DNA of 64,000 nucleotides from an uncultured Syntrophorhabdus sp. (GTDB lineage: Bacteria > Desulfobacterota > BSN033 > UBA1163). The position numbers and the translations under genes were made by a program. The notes under the pieces were generated by a model that saw nothing but the letters and a program-made list of their open reading frames with translations, was not told the origin of the DNA and made no database searches. Positions 27,195-37,717 of the stretch are shown one piece after another; the stretch's first letter is position 1; the number at the start of each line of letters is the position of its first letter. Location: NCBI GenBank assembly GCA_964477935.1, contig CAYZFX010000003.1, positions 48,577 through 112,576 of the forward strand, written 5' to 3'.

Positions 27195-28469
27195 ATGAAG
27201 GTTGTGGTTGTCGGGGGAGGCTGGGCAGGATGTGCAGCCTCCCTCTCCGCCAGAAGACAGGGCGCTGAAGTCTTACTCATCGAGCGAACCGATATGCTCC
27301 TGGGGACCGGCCTCGTGGGAGGGATCATGCGCAACAACGGTCGGTTCACGGCTGCTGAAGAGATGATCGCCATGGGTGGGGGTGATCTCTTCAAGCTCAT
27401 CGATCAGAATACCCTCCATCGGGAGATCGACTTTCCGGGCCATCGCCATGCCTCGCTCTATCACGTGGCGACCATGGAGCCTCTGGTCAAAAAGTTTCTC
27501 CTTCAGCAGGGGATCTCTATTTCCTTCTCGACCCGGGTCGAGGAGGTCGAAAGGGAGGGGGACTGGATCCAGGCCCTCACGGGAAAGAGGGGAGAGGAGA
27601 AGATTCGTTTCGTCGCCGATGCCTTTGTCGATGCCACGGGAACCGCGGGACCAACCGCTCACTGTCAGAAATACGGAAATGGCTGCGCCATGTGTATCCT
27701 CCGCTGTCCATCTTTCGGGGGACGAATCAGCCCTACCGCCAAAACTGGGGTGACTGAGCTCGTGGGTCGGAAGGGAGGTCAGATTGGGGCCATGAGCGGT
27801 TCCTGCAAACTCCTCAAGGAATCCCTCTCCCGTGAGATCGTTTCCGTCCTCGACAAAGAAGGGGTGGCCATCATCCCTATCCCTCCCTCTGAGCGATCCA
27901 GGGAGAGACTCTCCCTCAAGGCGTGTCAACAGTATGCCCTCCCCGAATTTGAGGAAAACCTCATCCTCCTCGATACGGGCCATGCCAAGTTGATGGTCCC
28001 GTTTTTTCCATTGGAAGACCTTCGCCAGATTCCTGGATTTGAAAATGCCCGTTATGAAGATCCCTATGCGGGTGGTCTCGGGAATTCGATCCGGTATATC
28101 GGTATGGCACCCCGTGACGACAGCCTGAAAGTTGTCGGGATAAAAAACCTCTTCTGCGCCGGTGAGAAGGCCGGTTTGTTGGTCGGGCACACGGAGGCGA
28201 TCGTCACCGGAACGTTGGCCGGGTTCAATGCGGTGAGGCAGATTCGCAGGGAGGAGCTGCTCATCCTACCCGAGTCGCTCGCAGTGGGCGATGCGATCGC
28301 CTATGTTCGAAGGCGGATGGAAACGGAAGAGGGCCTCGGCCTGAAATATACTTTCTCCGGATCGGTCTATTTTGATCGGATGAAAGAGAGAGGCCTCTAT
28401 ACGACCGACCTCAAGGAGATTGAAAAGAGGGTGGATCGGGCCGGAATGGCTGGGATCTTTTCAGGTTAA
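27195..28469 (+). CDS. FAD-dependent oxidoreductase, GidA/TrmFO-like fold, with Cys-rich segment
   Basis: Dinucleotide-binding N-terminus (MKVVVVGGGWAGCAAS) and an internal CxxxxxxCxxCxxxC segment. The start is taken at the M after GGAAGGGGAG rather than the ORF-track start at 27078. Confidence 0.55.
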   Translation: MKVVVVGGGWAGCAASLSARRQGAEVLLIERTDMLLGTGLVGGIMRNNGRFTAAEEMIAMGGGDLFKLIDQNTLHREIDFPGHRHASLYHVATMEPLVKKFLLQQGISISFSTRVEEVEREGDWIQALTGKRGEEKIRFVADAFVDATGTAGPTAHCQKYGNGCAMCILRCPSFGGRISPTAKTGVTELVGRKGGQIGAMSGSCKLLKESLSREIVSVLDKEGVAIIPIPPSERSRERLSLKACQQYALPEFEENLILLDTGHAKLMVPFFPLEDLRQIPGFENARYEDPYAGGLGNSIRYIGMAPRDDSLKVVGIKNLFCAGEKAGLLVGHTEAIVTGTLAGFNAVRQIRREELLILPESLAVGDAIAYVRRRMETEEGLGLKYTFSGSVYFDRMKERGLYTTDLKEIEKRVDRAGMAGIFSG

Positions 28470-28493
28470 CCCATCTCAAAAAGGAGGAATCCT

Positions 28494-29888
28494 ATGGTCG
28501 AACTCACCGCGGCTCATTGGGTCTATGCCATCTTCATCGTCCTCATCCTGTTGACCATGGCCTTGAGGAGGGAGACGCCCATCGTTTGCCTCATCGGTTC
28601 ACTCCTCCTCGCCTGGGTCATCACGGGCAACCTGGTCAAGGCCGTCCAGGCTGTTTTCAACGCAATCACCGTCGCCTTCAGTGAGCTGTTAGGCGTGGTG
28701 GTCATCATCTCCCTCATCGTCGCTATGGCCAAGATGCTCGAAGAGACCGGGATGGCCGAAATGATGTTCCGGCCTATCCAGAAAATGATGATCTCTCCAG
28801 TGGCAGCCTTCTGGGTGATGGGGTTCGTCATCATGATCGCGGCTTGGGTGATCTGGCCCTCCCCTGCCATCGCTCTGGTGGGGACTCTTCTGCTTCCGGG
28901 AGCGATCAAGGTCGGGCTTCCCCCGATCAGCGCGGCCATGGCCATCAGCATGTTCGGCTACGGATGTGCCCTGACGACCGATTTTATCATTCAAGGAGCG
29001 CCCGGGATCACCTCCAAGGCCTCAGGGGTGGCCGTTACGGAGGTGATGGCGAAGAGCCTTCCCATGCTCATCGTCTGGGGGGTGATTGCCCTTCCCCTCT
29101 CCTTCCTCTCGGTGAAAAAAGACATCCGGGCAACAGGGGGAAAGCCCATCGCATGGGCCCCTTTTGAAATCGGTCCGGAAGCCAGGGCAGAGAGGGAAAA
29201 ATGGACCAAGGCCGCACCTGGCTTCAAGATGCTGGCCCTCTGGGTGATCGCCATCCTCTTCATCTTGGTGATCATCGGAATGCTCGCCTTCAAATTGCGG
29301 GGTGGGGATGCCACTGCCCTTTTGGGGGGGGCGGTGGGCCTCATCATGGTCTTCGTTGGGTTTGGGGCTTATGGAAAAGAGGGGTTTGGCAAGCTGACCG
29401 AACATGCCCGGTCAGGCTTCATGTTCGGCGTCCGGATCTTTGCACCGGTCTTCTTGATCGCCGGGTTCTTCTTTATGGGTTCTCCTGGAACGGCTAAGGC
29501 CATCTTCGGGGAAGGGGCGAGAGGACTCCTCTTCGATCTTGGTCAGGCCCTTGCCAATGCGGTCCCCTTGAGCCGGATCCCGGTGGCTCTGGTCCAGGCC
29601 GTGGTGGGGGGGATCACTGGGCTGGACGGATCGGGATTCTCCGGGTTGCCCCTGGTGGGAACCCTGGCGCAGGCCCTGGGAGGAGCAACCAAACTCGACA
29701 TCGCAACGCTTGGTGCCCTCGGTCAATACTTCGCTGTGGCCGTGGGCGGGGGCTGTATCGTCCCATGGGCGGTCATCCCGGCCGCAGCCATTACCGGAAC
29801 CGATCCTGTGGAGATTGCCAGGCGAAATCTCTGGCCCACGCTGGCAGGTTTCTTAGGGGTGCTCATCGTGGCCATCTTCATGCTCTAA
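28494..29888 (+). CDS. Polytopic membrane transporter, family uncertain (ion-transporter superfamily-like)
   Basis: 464 aa with 11-12 predicted TM helices. GGAGG RBS. It lies 24 nt after the FAD protein. Confidence 0.45.
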   Translation: MVELTAAHWVYAIFIVLILLTMALRRETPIVCLIGSLLLAWVITGNLVKAVQAVFNAITVAFSELLGVVVIISLIVAMAKMLEETGMAEMMFRPIQKMMISPVAAFWVMGFVIMIAAWVIWPSPAIALVGTLLLPGAIKVGLPPISAAMAISMFGYGCALTTDFIIQGAPGITSKASGVAVTEVMAKSLPMLIVWGVIALPLSFLSVKKDIRATGGKPIAWAPFEIGPEARAEREKWTKAAPGFKMLALWVIAILFILVIIGMLAFKLRGGDATALLGGAVGLIMVFVGFGAYGKEGFGKLTEHARSGFMFGVRIFAPVFLIAGFFFMGSPGTAKAIFGEGARGLLFDLGQALANAVPLSRIPVALVQAVVGGITGLDGSGFSGLPLVGTLAQALGGATKLDIATLGALGQYFAVAVGGGCIVPWAVIPAAAITGTDPVEIARRNLWPTLAGFLGVLIVAIFML

Positions 29889-29924
29889 ACCGGAAGGGGA
29901 GGTTCCATCCTCCCCTATGGCCTT

Positions 29925-30698
29925 TCAATCAAACCTCGTGATCATCGCCCCGATGAAGGGCATGGCCTCCAAATACTCGATGAACCGCACTTTCTTCACC
30001 TCTCCTCCCCGCTCTTTATTGCCAGCGGCGTGGATAAGAAAGATATCCTGATCCCTTTTAATCACCCCGATATGACCCACGATCTCCTCGCGGATTCTCT
30101 TCTTCGGGTCTTTAATCAAGAAGAGAAGGTCACCGCTTTTCAACTTGCCTACCCTTCTTAGGAGTTCCTCGGTGGGAAGGATCTCCACAGAGGTTCTCCC
30201 CCGCGATCCTTCGATCTGCTTCGTCCTTCCGAGGGTTCGGGTGATGTCTCTCCCCCATTTCCCGCTGAAGATCATATCCTCCCCATATTCGAAACGCCCT
30301 TCATAATTGATCACCTTTCCATCTTTGAGGATCCCCTTCGAATGGAACCTTTTCTCGAGGGCAATCTGAATCGCCCCTTCTGGGGTTTGGCCCAAAGCGA
30401 GCTCCACCGCTCGGAACGTCAGATACATGCAATCGACTCGATCGTCGGCCACGATGACCGACCGGGTGACATAGGCACCCAGGGGATCCTGGTCATACGG
30501 AGTTCCGAGAAATTTCTCCGCAAAGAAGGCGATTCTCTCACCTGCTTTCTTGTTTTTCAACTCCGTCTGATATTTCTGAATCTCCTCATCGGTCAGGCCG
30601 AAACAGGGGTTCACCCCAAAGAGGAGGAGGGAAATAAGGCAGACCTTAAGGAGGATCGCCTTTGCTCCCGTGCTCTTTCCTTTTCTGATCTCCACCAT
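29925..30698 (-). CDS. Hypothetical secreted protein
   Basis: The start is placed at MVEIRKG (30698) because the longer ORF would overlap tRNA-Leu. It has a hydrophobic N-terminal segment. Confidence 0.4.
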   Translation of the reverse strand: MVEIRKGKSTGAKAILLKVCLISLLLFGVNPCFGLTDEEIQKYQTELKNKKAGERIAFFAEKFLGTPYDQDPLGAYVTRSVIVADDRVDCMYLTFRAVELALGQTPEGAIQIALEKRFHSKGILKDGKVINYEGRFEYGEDMIFSGKWGRDITRTLGRTKQIEGSRGRTSVEILPTEELLRRVGKLKSGDLLFLIKDPKKRIREEIVGHIGVIKRDQDIFLIHAAGNKERGGEVKKVRFIEYLEAMPFIGAMITRFD

Positions 30699-30759
30699 CT
30701 CTAAAATCAAAAAGGGGGTTTTTCTTTGTCGCAACCCCCTTTGATTCGTTGAATGACCA

Positions 30760-30848
30760 TGGTGCCGGAGGTCGGATTCGAACCGACACGGGGTGTGAGC
30801 CCCGCGGGATTTTGAGTCCCGTGCGTCTACCAGTTTCACCACTCCGGC
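30760..30848 (-). tRNA. tRNA-Leu (anticodon CAA)
   Basis: Class II tRNA with a long variable arm, anticodon loop CUCAAAA, T-loop GGTTCGAATCC and an encoded CCA. Cloverleaf checked by hand. Confidence 0.85.
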
Positions 30849-30928
30849 ACAGCCACAATATAAAAAAATTTAGGGGGGATGTCAAATAAAAGCCTGACCT
30901 CAGGGGAACAGATCATCCGAGAAATCAT

Positions 30929-30958
30929 TTGACTTTTTTTCACCGAATATGCTAAATA
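30929..30958 (+). promoter_or_regulatory. Sigma70-like promoter TTGACT-N17/18-TAAATA for tRNA-Ala
   Basis: -35 at 30929-30934 and -10 at about 30952-30958, about 15 nt before the tRNA 5' end. Confidence 0.5.
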
Positions 30959-30973
30959 AAATGCTGTTCAGGT

Positions 30974-31049
30974 GGGGCTGTAGCTCAGCTGGGAGAGCGC
31001 ATGAATGGCATTCATGAGGTCGTGGGTTCGATCCCCATCAGCTCCACCA
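30974..31049 (+). tRNA. tRNA-Ala (anticodon GGC)
   Basis: GGGGCUGUAGCUCAG with the G3:U70 alanine identity pair, anticodon loop AUGGCAU and an encoded CCA. Confidence 0.9.
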
Positions 31050-31294
31050 ATCCCTCTACCCCATCCCCTGTTACCTCGACGTCCTTCGGGCCGAATCGAA
31101 TGACTCCTCTGACTTAGGCCATACCGCCCACCATGACAAAAGGTTCCTCAAACCCAACAGGAGAGAACGCCTCGTCACCAAGAAGGATTTCCCTTATGCG
31201 CCGAAGCCATCTCAAGGTTAAAAGAGCTTAAACCCCTCCGGGGAAGGCTCGAATTGAAAACGTTGCGAAGAATCGAGGGGCACATTTATAATTT

Positions 31295-32179
31295 TTGAAT
31301 AAAGGTCAGGCCCCCACAGGATTATACCTCATGCAGGGAGAGAACAACAAACTTCCAAAGAGAGCTCTCGGAAAGGCAGGAGTTGAGATTTCCATCCTGG
31401 GACTGGGCGGAGAAGGGATACTCCGGACATACCATGAGGAAGAGCGGGCAGTGGCCCTGATCCAGCGCGCCCTCGATCTGGGCATCACCTATTTTGAATC
31501 GGCCCGGGCTTACTCGGGAAGCGAGTCCTACTATGGCCATGCCCTTCGAGAGAGACGGCGCGAGATCTTCTTGGCCAGTAAATCCCATGAGCGCAGCGGT
31601 GAGGGAGCTTTAAAGCATCTTGAAACGACCCTTCAACAGATGAAGACCGATCTTCTCGACCTCTGGATGATCCACGATGTACGAACCCAAAGGGAGATCG
31701 ATCAGATCTTCTCCCCCAAGGGTGCGATCAAAGCCTTTGAGGGGGCCAAGCGAAATAAATTGGTCCGGTTCATAGGAATCTCCGGCCACAAAAACCCCAC
31801 CGTCCTCTCCCACGCCCTCGACCTCTTCTCCTTTGATGTCGTCCTGATTCCGGTGAATCCTGCTGAACCCCACTACTCGTCATTCCTCGCCGAGGTCCTA
31901 CCCAAGGCTCTGAATAAGGGGATGGGCGTCCTCGGAATGAAGACCCTCTCCCGTGGCATCAGCCTCAGGATCTTCGGGGAGGAATCGGTGGAGATGTTTC
32001 TCCGTTTTGCCTTGACCCAGCCGATCGCCGCCGCTGTTGTGGGGTGTGACACCATCGATCATCTGGAAACCAACGTCCGAATCGCCCGGTCCTTTCAAAC
32101 GATGGAGGAAAAAGAGAGGTCGGTCCTCATCAACAGGGTTAAACCCTATGCCCGGGAGTTGATGTATTATAAATGGTGA
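31295..32179 (+). CDS. Aldo/keto reductase
   Basis: 294 aa with AKR family motifs (GLGG, IGISGH). The start may be the M at 31331. Confidence 0.8.
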   Translation: MNKGQAPTGLYLMQGENNKLPKRALGKAGVEISILGLGGEGILRTYHEEERAVALIQRALDLGITYFESARAYSGSESYYGHALRERRREIFLASKSHERSGEGALKHLETTLQQMKTDLLDLWMIHDVRTQREIDQIFSPKGAIKAFEGAKRNKLVRFIGISGHKNPTVLSHALDLFSFDVVLIPVNPAEPHYSSFLAEVLPKALNKGMGVLGMKTLSRGISLRIFGEESVEMFLRFALTQPIAAAVVGCDTIDHLETNVRIARSFQTMEEKERSVLINRVKPYARELMYYKW

Positions 32180-32336
32180 GATGAGCCGAAGCGGACGATT
32201 CGGAAAGTACGGAGAGCAGAAGAGGCTTAAACGACTTCGACAGAAGATGGGGAGACCTTTTCCGTTGAAAAAATCGATTTGCCCCTTGAGAAAAAGACCT
32301 CACCAACCTTAAATCTCGGGATCTCGACATCCCTTT

Positions 32337-32825
32337 CTATAACGACTTGAGGATCTCTTCGGCCGTCTCCCGAAGTTCCTGATGGCTGGCAGTCATCGCC
32401 AGGATATCCAGTTTGGCTTTAAATCCCTGCCTCTCCGCCGGTGATCTCGTCTCGTAGAGAGGTCGCATCACCCGAAGAACCTCCAAGACCTTTTCAGGAT
32501 CGGTGTAATCCAACAGGAGGGAGAGCGTTCCCCAGTCTTCGGGCAACCCATATTGATCCAGATAAGCCTTGACCGCTCCGTTGAACTCTTCCGTCCCATA
32601 GGTCCGATCGATCTCTTCGTGGGCCTTCTGATGCCTTTTCGTCCCCTTCTTTCCTGAGAAGAGTTTATCCGCTTCCTTTCGATATCTCTTCATCAACCAT
32701 TCCGAGCGTTTCGACTTCCGCCGCTCCGTCAAGGGTTCCTTAGGGGCATGGCGACTTCGATCCCTCCTCCGGTCGATCTCCCTCCATGAAAGTTTCTCTC
32801 TCTCTTCTTCGAGATCTTGAGCCAT
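32337..32825 (-). CDS. Hypothetical highly charged protein
   Basis: ORF downstream of era. The start is chosen at MAQDLEE to avoid overlap with era. Confidence 0.35.
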   Translation of the reverse strand: MAQDLEEEREKLSWREIDRRRDRSRHAPKEPLTERRKSKRSEWLMKRYRKEADKLFSGKKGTKRHQKAHEEIDRTYGTEEFNGAVKAYLDQYGLPEDWGTLSLLLDYTDPEKVLEVLRVMRPLYETRSPAERQGFKAKLDILAMTASHQELRETAEEILKSL

Positions 32826-32895
32826 GAACTGTCCTCCTCCCTCAATCTTAGGGTTTGGACTCGTCGCCGTCCTTGACAGGGGATCAGACCTTACC

Positions 32896-33792
32896 CTATC
32901 GAGGCAGATACCCCAGTTCATCAAGGGTTCGGGGATCCCTTGTCCAGTCCTTCACGACCTTCACCCATAACTCCAGAAAGACCCTCTTCCCCAGAAAGGT
33001 TTCGATCTCTTTCCTCGCCGCCTCACCGATCTTTTTCAACCGTTGGCCACCTTTTCCGATGAGAATCTTCTTCTGAGACTCTTTTTCGACGTAGATCGTC
33101 CCCTGGATCACCACCAACTGCCTCTCGGGATGTTCTTTAAAGGACTCAATGGTCACTGCGGTAGCGTGTGGCACCTCATGATGAGTCTGCCGGATCACCT
33201 GCTCCCGGATCATCTCGGAGACGATCGATCGTTCAGTCTGGTCGGTGAAAATCTCTTCAGGGTAGAAGGGTGGAGATTCAGGAAGGGAATTTAGGACCTC
33301 CCTGATCAACAGGTCCACCCCATCTCCGGTGGTGGCCGAGACGGGGATGATCTTTTCGAAGGGATGGAGCCTCTGGTATTGATCTATCAGGGGCAGGAGG
33401 AATTCTTTCCGGACCAGATCGATCTTGTTAATCACCAAGAAAGGAATCCCCTTGTTATGTTTGAGAGCGTTGAGCAGCTTCCGATCTTCTTCGATCGGGG
33501 GAGAGACCGCCTCGATCATGAAGAGGATGACGTCGGCGTCCCGGCTGGAGGCCATGGCCGTTTGAATCATCCGCCTGTTCAATTCCGTTCGGCCTTCGTG
33601 AATTCCCGGGGTGTCGAGAAAGATGAGTTGCCCTTTTTCGAGATTCTTAATACCGAGGATTCGGTGACGCGTCGTCTGTGGCGTGGGGGTCACGATGGCG
33701 ATTTTTTCGCCTATGATACGGTTGAAGAGGGTCGATTTCCCTACATTGGGCCTTCCTAAAATGGAGATAAAACCTGATTTAAAGGTCTCCAT
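32896..33792 (-). CDS. era: GTPase Era
   Basis: 298 aa with G1 (GRPNVGKST), G3 (DTPG), G4 (NKID) and a C-terminal KH domain. Confidence 0.9.
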   Translation of the reverse strand: METFKSGFISILGRPNVGKSTLFNRIIGEKIAIVTPTPQTTRHRILGIKNLEKGQLIFLDTPGIHEGRTELNRRMIQTAMASSRDADVILFMIEAVSPPIEEDRKLLNALKHNKGIPFLVINKIDLVRKEFLLPLIDQYQRLHPFEKIIPVSATTGDGVDLLIREVLNSLPESPPFYPEEIFTDQTERSIVSEMIREQVIRQTHHEVPHATAVTIESFKEHPERQLVVIQGTIYVEKESQKKILIGKGGQRLKKIGEAARKEIETFLGKRVFLELWVKVVKDWTRDPRTLDELGYLPR

Positions 33793-33885
33793 GAAGTCGT
33801 TGACCGAGCCCCTCAGAAAGGTTTTGGAATCCTATCCGTTCCATCCCTTGAGAGACCCCGATCGTGGCCTTGTTCTCGCTCCTCT

Positions 33886-36219
33886 CTATGGGGGCAGGAC
33901 CTGATCGAATACCTCCTGAATGTGCTCGACCAGAATAAAGTTGATCTCCTTTTTGACGTACTCGGGAATATCCTCGAGGTTCTCCTCGTTCTTCTTCGGA
34001 AGGATGATCGTCTTCACCCCTGCCCTTCGGCCTGCAAGAACCTTCTCTTTGATCCCGCCAACAGGCAATACCCTTCCACTCAGAGTCAACTCTCCGGTCA
34101 TGGCCACCTCCCGGGGGATAGCCTTCCCTTTTAGGAGGGAGAGCACGGCTGTGGCAATCGCGATTCCTGCAGAAGGGCCATCCTTTGGAGTCGCACCCGA
34201 GGGAACATGGATGTGAAGATCCCACTCCTGATAGAAATTTTCCGGGATCTCGAGGAGAGTGGCATTGGCCCGAAGGTAGGAGAGGGCAGCCTGGGCAGAC
34301 TCCTTCATCACCTCGCCTAAGGATCCGGTGAGGAGGAGCCCCTTGTCCCCCTTCATCTTTGAGGTCTCAATGAAGATGATATCCCCCCCACTCTCGGTCC
34401 AGGCAAGCCCTGTGGCGACCCCGATCCGATCCTCCACCTGGGCCACCTCCCGGAAGAATTTCCTCGGCCCTAAAAGGTTTTCCACAGCAGCGGCCTCGAC
34501 AACGGCCAGGGACTCTTTGCCCATGGCCACCTCTTTGGCGATCTTTCTGCAGACCGTCGCGATCTCCCGTTCAAGGTTTCTCACGCCAGCCTCTCGGGTA
34601 TATTCCCGGATGATCTTCTGGACGGCTTCCGGAGTGAAGAGGAGAGAATGGTCTCTCAATCCATTCTCCTCTTTCTGACGAGGGATCAGAAAGTGGAGGG
34701 CGATCTTCTCCTTCTCTTCCTCCGTATATCCCGGGATGGAGATGACCTCCATTCGATCCAGCAGGGCTGGAGGGATGGGTGTCAGGGTATTGGCCGTCGT
34801 GATGAAGAGGACATGGGAGAGGTCAAAGGGCACATCGAGATAATGGTCGGTGAAGGAGAAGTTCTGCTCCGGATCGAGGGCCTCCAGAAGGGCAGCGGCC
34901 GGATCCCCCCGCACATCCTGACCGATCTTGTCGATCTCGTCAAGCATGAAGACCGGATTGGAGGTCCCCGCCCTCTTGATCTCCTGGATGATCCTGCCGG
35001 GAAGGGCTCCGACATAGGTCCTTCGATGACCCCGGATCTCAGCCTCATCCCTCACCCCTCCAAGAGAGATACGGATGAACTTCCTCTCCAGGGAGCGGGC
35101 GATGGACCGCCCCAAGGAAGTCTTGCCCACGCCCGGTGGTCCCACGAAGCAGAGAATTGGCCCCTTCATCGGGTCTTTCAATTTCCGGACGGCCAGGAAT
35201 TCGAGGATCCGGTCTTTCACCTTCTCAAGTCCATAATGGTCCTCGTTCAGAATGGCTTCGGCCCTTCTGAGATCGAGGTTGTCCTCGGTGGTCTTGTCCC
35301 ATGGCATATGGATGAGGTAATCGAGATACGTCCGCGAGACCGTATATTCGGCTGAAATGGGGTTCATCCGCTCCAGACGATGGATCTCCTTGTAAGCGAT
35401 CTCCATTACCTTTTCCGGCATCCCCGAGGCTTGGACCTTGGATCGAAGTTCCTGGATTTCATTGAGATAGGGATCTTCATCAGGTGTCTCTCTTGGCCCC
35501 CGGACAGGGGAGCGATGAAAGGCATCCCGCTGGGATTTTCCCGTCTCCTTGCAACCAGTGAAGAAGAGACGTCCGCTCAGGGAGAGGGGTGAATATTCCC
35601 GGTTGAACAGCTGATAGGCCTTCTTCAATCGTTCGAGGGGATCGACCGTCTCAAAGATCTCCTGCTGCTCCTTCAATCCCAACGGCAGGGTGATGGCGAT
35701 CAGATCCGCCAGACGGCCGGGATGTTCGATCTGATCGAGCGCCTTCAATGCCTCCTCGGAGATCGGCCTTCCGAGAGAGAGGGAAAGTTTAAAGAGGGTT
35801 CCGACGCTTTGAACGAGGGGTTCCACCAGAGGGTTCTTGGCCTCGGGCTCCCTGACCTCTCTCACATCCGCCCTGAAATAGGGCGTCTCGGGGAGGACGT
35901 GCTCGATCTGGATGCGTGAGATTCCTTCGAGAAAGACCTTCATGCCCCGTTCAGGCAACTTGACCAGCTGGAGAATCTTGCAGGCCGTTCCGATGCTCAG
36001 AAACTCCCTCGACAGGAGCCCTTTCGAAAGGGAAGGCCTCGGATAGATACAACCGATGAAACTGTTTTCAAGGACCGCCTGGTTGAGGATATGGATGGCC
36101 TCTTCCGACTGGAGGAAGAGCGGAACCACGACATTCGGAAAGACCACGGTGTCTCTAATCGGGATAAAGAAAAGTCTTTGTGGGATGGAGCCGGTCTCTG
36201 TTTTATAAAGGTATCTCAT
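33886..36219 (-). CDS. lon: ATP-dependent Lon protease
   Basis: 777 aa with a LON N-domain, AAA+ Walker A (GPPGVGKTS) and the S16 protease active site (PKDGPSAG). Confidence 0.9.
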   Translation of the reverse strand: MRYLYKTETGSIPQRLFFIPIRDTVVFPNVVVPLFLQSEEAIHILNQAVLENSFIGCIYPRPSLSKGLLSREFLSIGTACKILQLVKLPERGMKVFLEGISRIQIEHVLPETPYFRADVREVREPEAKNPLVEPLVQSVGTLFKLSLSLGRPISEEALKALDQIEHPGRLADLIAITLPLGLKEQQEIFETVDPLERLKKAYQLFNREYSPLSLSGRLFFTGCKETGKSQRDAFHRSPVRGPRETPDEDPYLNEIQELRSKVQASGMPEKVMEIAYKEIHRLERMNPISAEYTVSRTYLDYLIHMPWDKTTEDNLDLRRAEAILNEDHYGLEKVKDRILEFLAVRKLKDPMKGPILCFVGPPGVGKTSLGRSIARSLERKFIRISLGGVRDEAEIRGHRRTYVGALPGRIIQEIKRAGTSNPVFMLDEIDKIGQDVRGDPAAALLEALDPEQNFSFTDHYLDVPFDLSHVLFITTANTLTPIPPALLDRMEVISIPGYTEEEKEKIALHFLIPRQKEENGLRDHSLLFTPEAVQKIIREYTREAGVRNLEREIATVCRKIAKEVAMGKESLAVVEAAAVENLLGPRKFFREVAQVEDRIGVATGLAWTESGGDIIFIETSKMKGDKGLLLTGSLGEVMKESAQAALSYLRANATLLEIPENFYQEWDLHIHVPSGATPKDGPSAGIAIATAVLSLLKGKAIPREVAMTGELTLSGRVLPVGGIKEKVLAGRRAGVKTIILPKKNEENLEDIPEYVKKEINFILVEHIQEVFDQVLPP

Positions 36220-36455
36220 CCACCAACCTTTTTCTCGAAGGGAAATCGTCCTGGGTCACGACCATTCAATTTTATGAAACGATATATTTCCTTCTGACCG
36301 AGTTCCACAATCGAAAGATTCTTCTGCTGACAAAGAAGGGTGACGAGGAAATCTTTGAGCGCCCAGGACCCTAACCGACGTAATGACCGTTTGTCTGAAC
36401 GCGAGGCTCTTTAAATCCCATTTGTTTCAATCATATACGAAAGGCGAGGAGTTTG

Positions 36456-37040
36456 TCAATGAAGACCAAAGACTTCCTGGATGGCCGATATGGCTTCCAA
36501 TGAGTTCCACTCCCTCTGGCCGACGATCACTCCCTCCATCCACCCTTCCTGATTGATCAGATAAGCTGTCGGAATCATCCGGACGCCGTAGACCCTTGCG
36601 ATCCTCTCCTTCTGGTCAAGGAGGACAGGAAGGGTGATCCGGTATTCTTTAATGGTCGCCCGAACCTTCTTTTCCCTCTCCCCATCAACGGCAATGGTAA
36701 GGATCTCCAACCGTCCCCTAAACCGATCGTAAAATTTTTCCAGAAGGACCAGATCTTCCTTGCACGCCTGACACCAGGATCCCCAGAAGAAGAGAAGCAA
36801 CGGCTTCCCTTTGTAATCCCTCAGGGTCACCTCCTTCCCTCCCAGATCTCTCAGGAAGAAGGCAGGGGGTTCTCTCTTCATATCGAACCGATGAATCCCA
36901 AGAGACTCGCAAGGGTTTGTCTTCGAAGGAGGGGGCAGCATGGCCTGCGCCCCAACCTTCGAGATCAGGATCGGGAAGAGGAGACCCAGAAAGAGCCACT
37001 TTCGTCCTTTCCCCCTTTTGAAAAGCTGCAGACGTTCCAT
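36456..37040 (-). CDS. TlpA-like thiol:disulfide oxidoreductase (thioredoxin fold), secreted
   Basis: Signal peptide and a WCQAC active site. Confidence 0.7.
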   Translation of the reverse strand: MERLQLFKRGKGRKWLFLGLLFPILISKVGAQAMLPPPSKTNPCESLGIHRFDMKREPPAFFLRDLGGKEVTLRDYKGKPLLLFFWGSWCQACKEDLVLLEKFYDRFRGRLEILTIAVDGEREKKVRATIKEYRITLPVLLDQKERIARVYGVRMIPTAYLINQEGWMEGVIVGQREWNSLEAISAIQEVFGLH

Positions 37041-37268
37041 AAATTAAAGTTAAGATATTCAGAAGATGGCGTCAATATGAGGCCGCTTCGACACGGATCT
37101 TTCTACGCGGAAAAAGGAAGAGAGGTAAGATTTCTTCGCGGGAAAGAAATTCTTGAAAAGAAAGCCTGGAAATGATAAGGTGAAGTGGGTTCGATGCCCA
37201 TTCGTGAATCGGACCGAAGAAAGAAGCTCGAGAAAGAAAGGAAGCCTTCATACCAAGGAGGTGAGACA

Positions 37269-37688
37269 ATGGCCGGGGTGAACAAGGTAATCCTCGTCGG
37301 CAATTTGGGAGCAGATCCAGAGGTCAAATTCCTTGGGAATGGCACCCAGGTCGCCAATTTTCGGGTCGCAACGACGGAGAACAGGGTCAACCGCTCGGGA
37401 GAGAGGGTTTCGGTCACCGAGTGGCACCGGATCGTCGCTTTTGGCAAACTGGCAGAAATCTGCCGGCAGTATTTGAGCAAAGGGAAACAGGTCTATATCG
37501 AGGGCCGGCTCAGGACCCGCACCTGGGAGGATAAGGAAGGAAACCGGAGATATACGACAGAGATCGTCGCCAACCAGATGCAGATGTTGGGACCACCAGG
37601 ACCCCCTCTCGATGCTGCCCTCCCGGAGAGAGAGTTTGAGATCGATCAGGATGAGGCCCCCCCTCCCGAAGATGATGTCCCCTTCTGA
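37269..37688 (+). CDS. ssb: Single-stranded DNA-binding protein
   Basis: GGAGG then an ATG at 37269. Classic SSB OB-fold N-terminus ([18 protein letters not shown]) and an acidic C-terminal tail (DDVPF). Confidence 0.85.
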   Translation: MAGVNKVILVGNLGADPEVKFLGNGTQVANFRVATTENRVNRSGERVSVTEWHRIVAFGKLAEICRQYLSKGKQVYIEGRLRTRTWEDKEGNRRYTTEIVANQMQMLGPPGPPLDAALPEREFEIDQDEAPPPEDDVPF

Positions 37689-37717
37689 CCGGTGGTGCAA
37701 GGAAGGATCTTTCTCCT

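Noticed and set aside
29925-30842. 305 aa ORF extending over tRNA-Leu
   Set aside because: The 5' 48 codons overlap the tRNA-Leu gene on the same strand, so the start was moved to 30698.
37178-37205. tRNA T-arm-like sequence GTGGGTTCGATGCCCAT upstream of ssb
   Set aside because: No acceptor stem, D-arm or anticodon arm can be built around it. It is probably a chance match or a decayed fragment.
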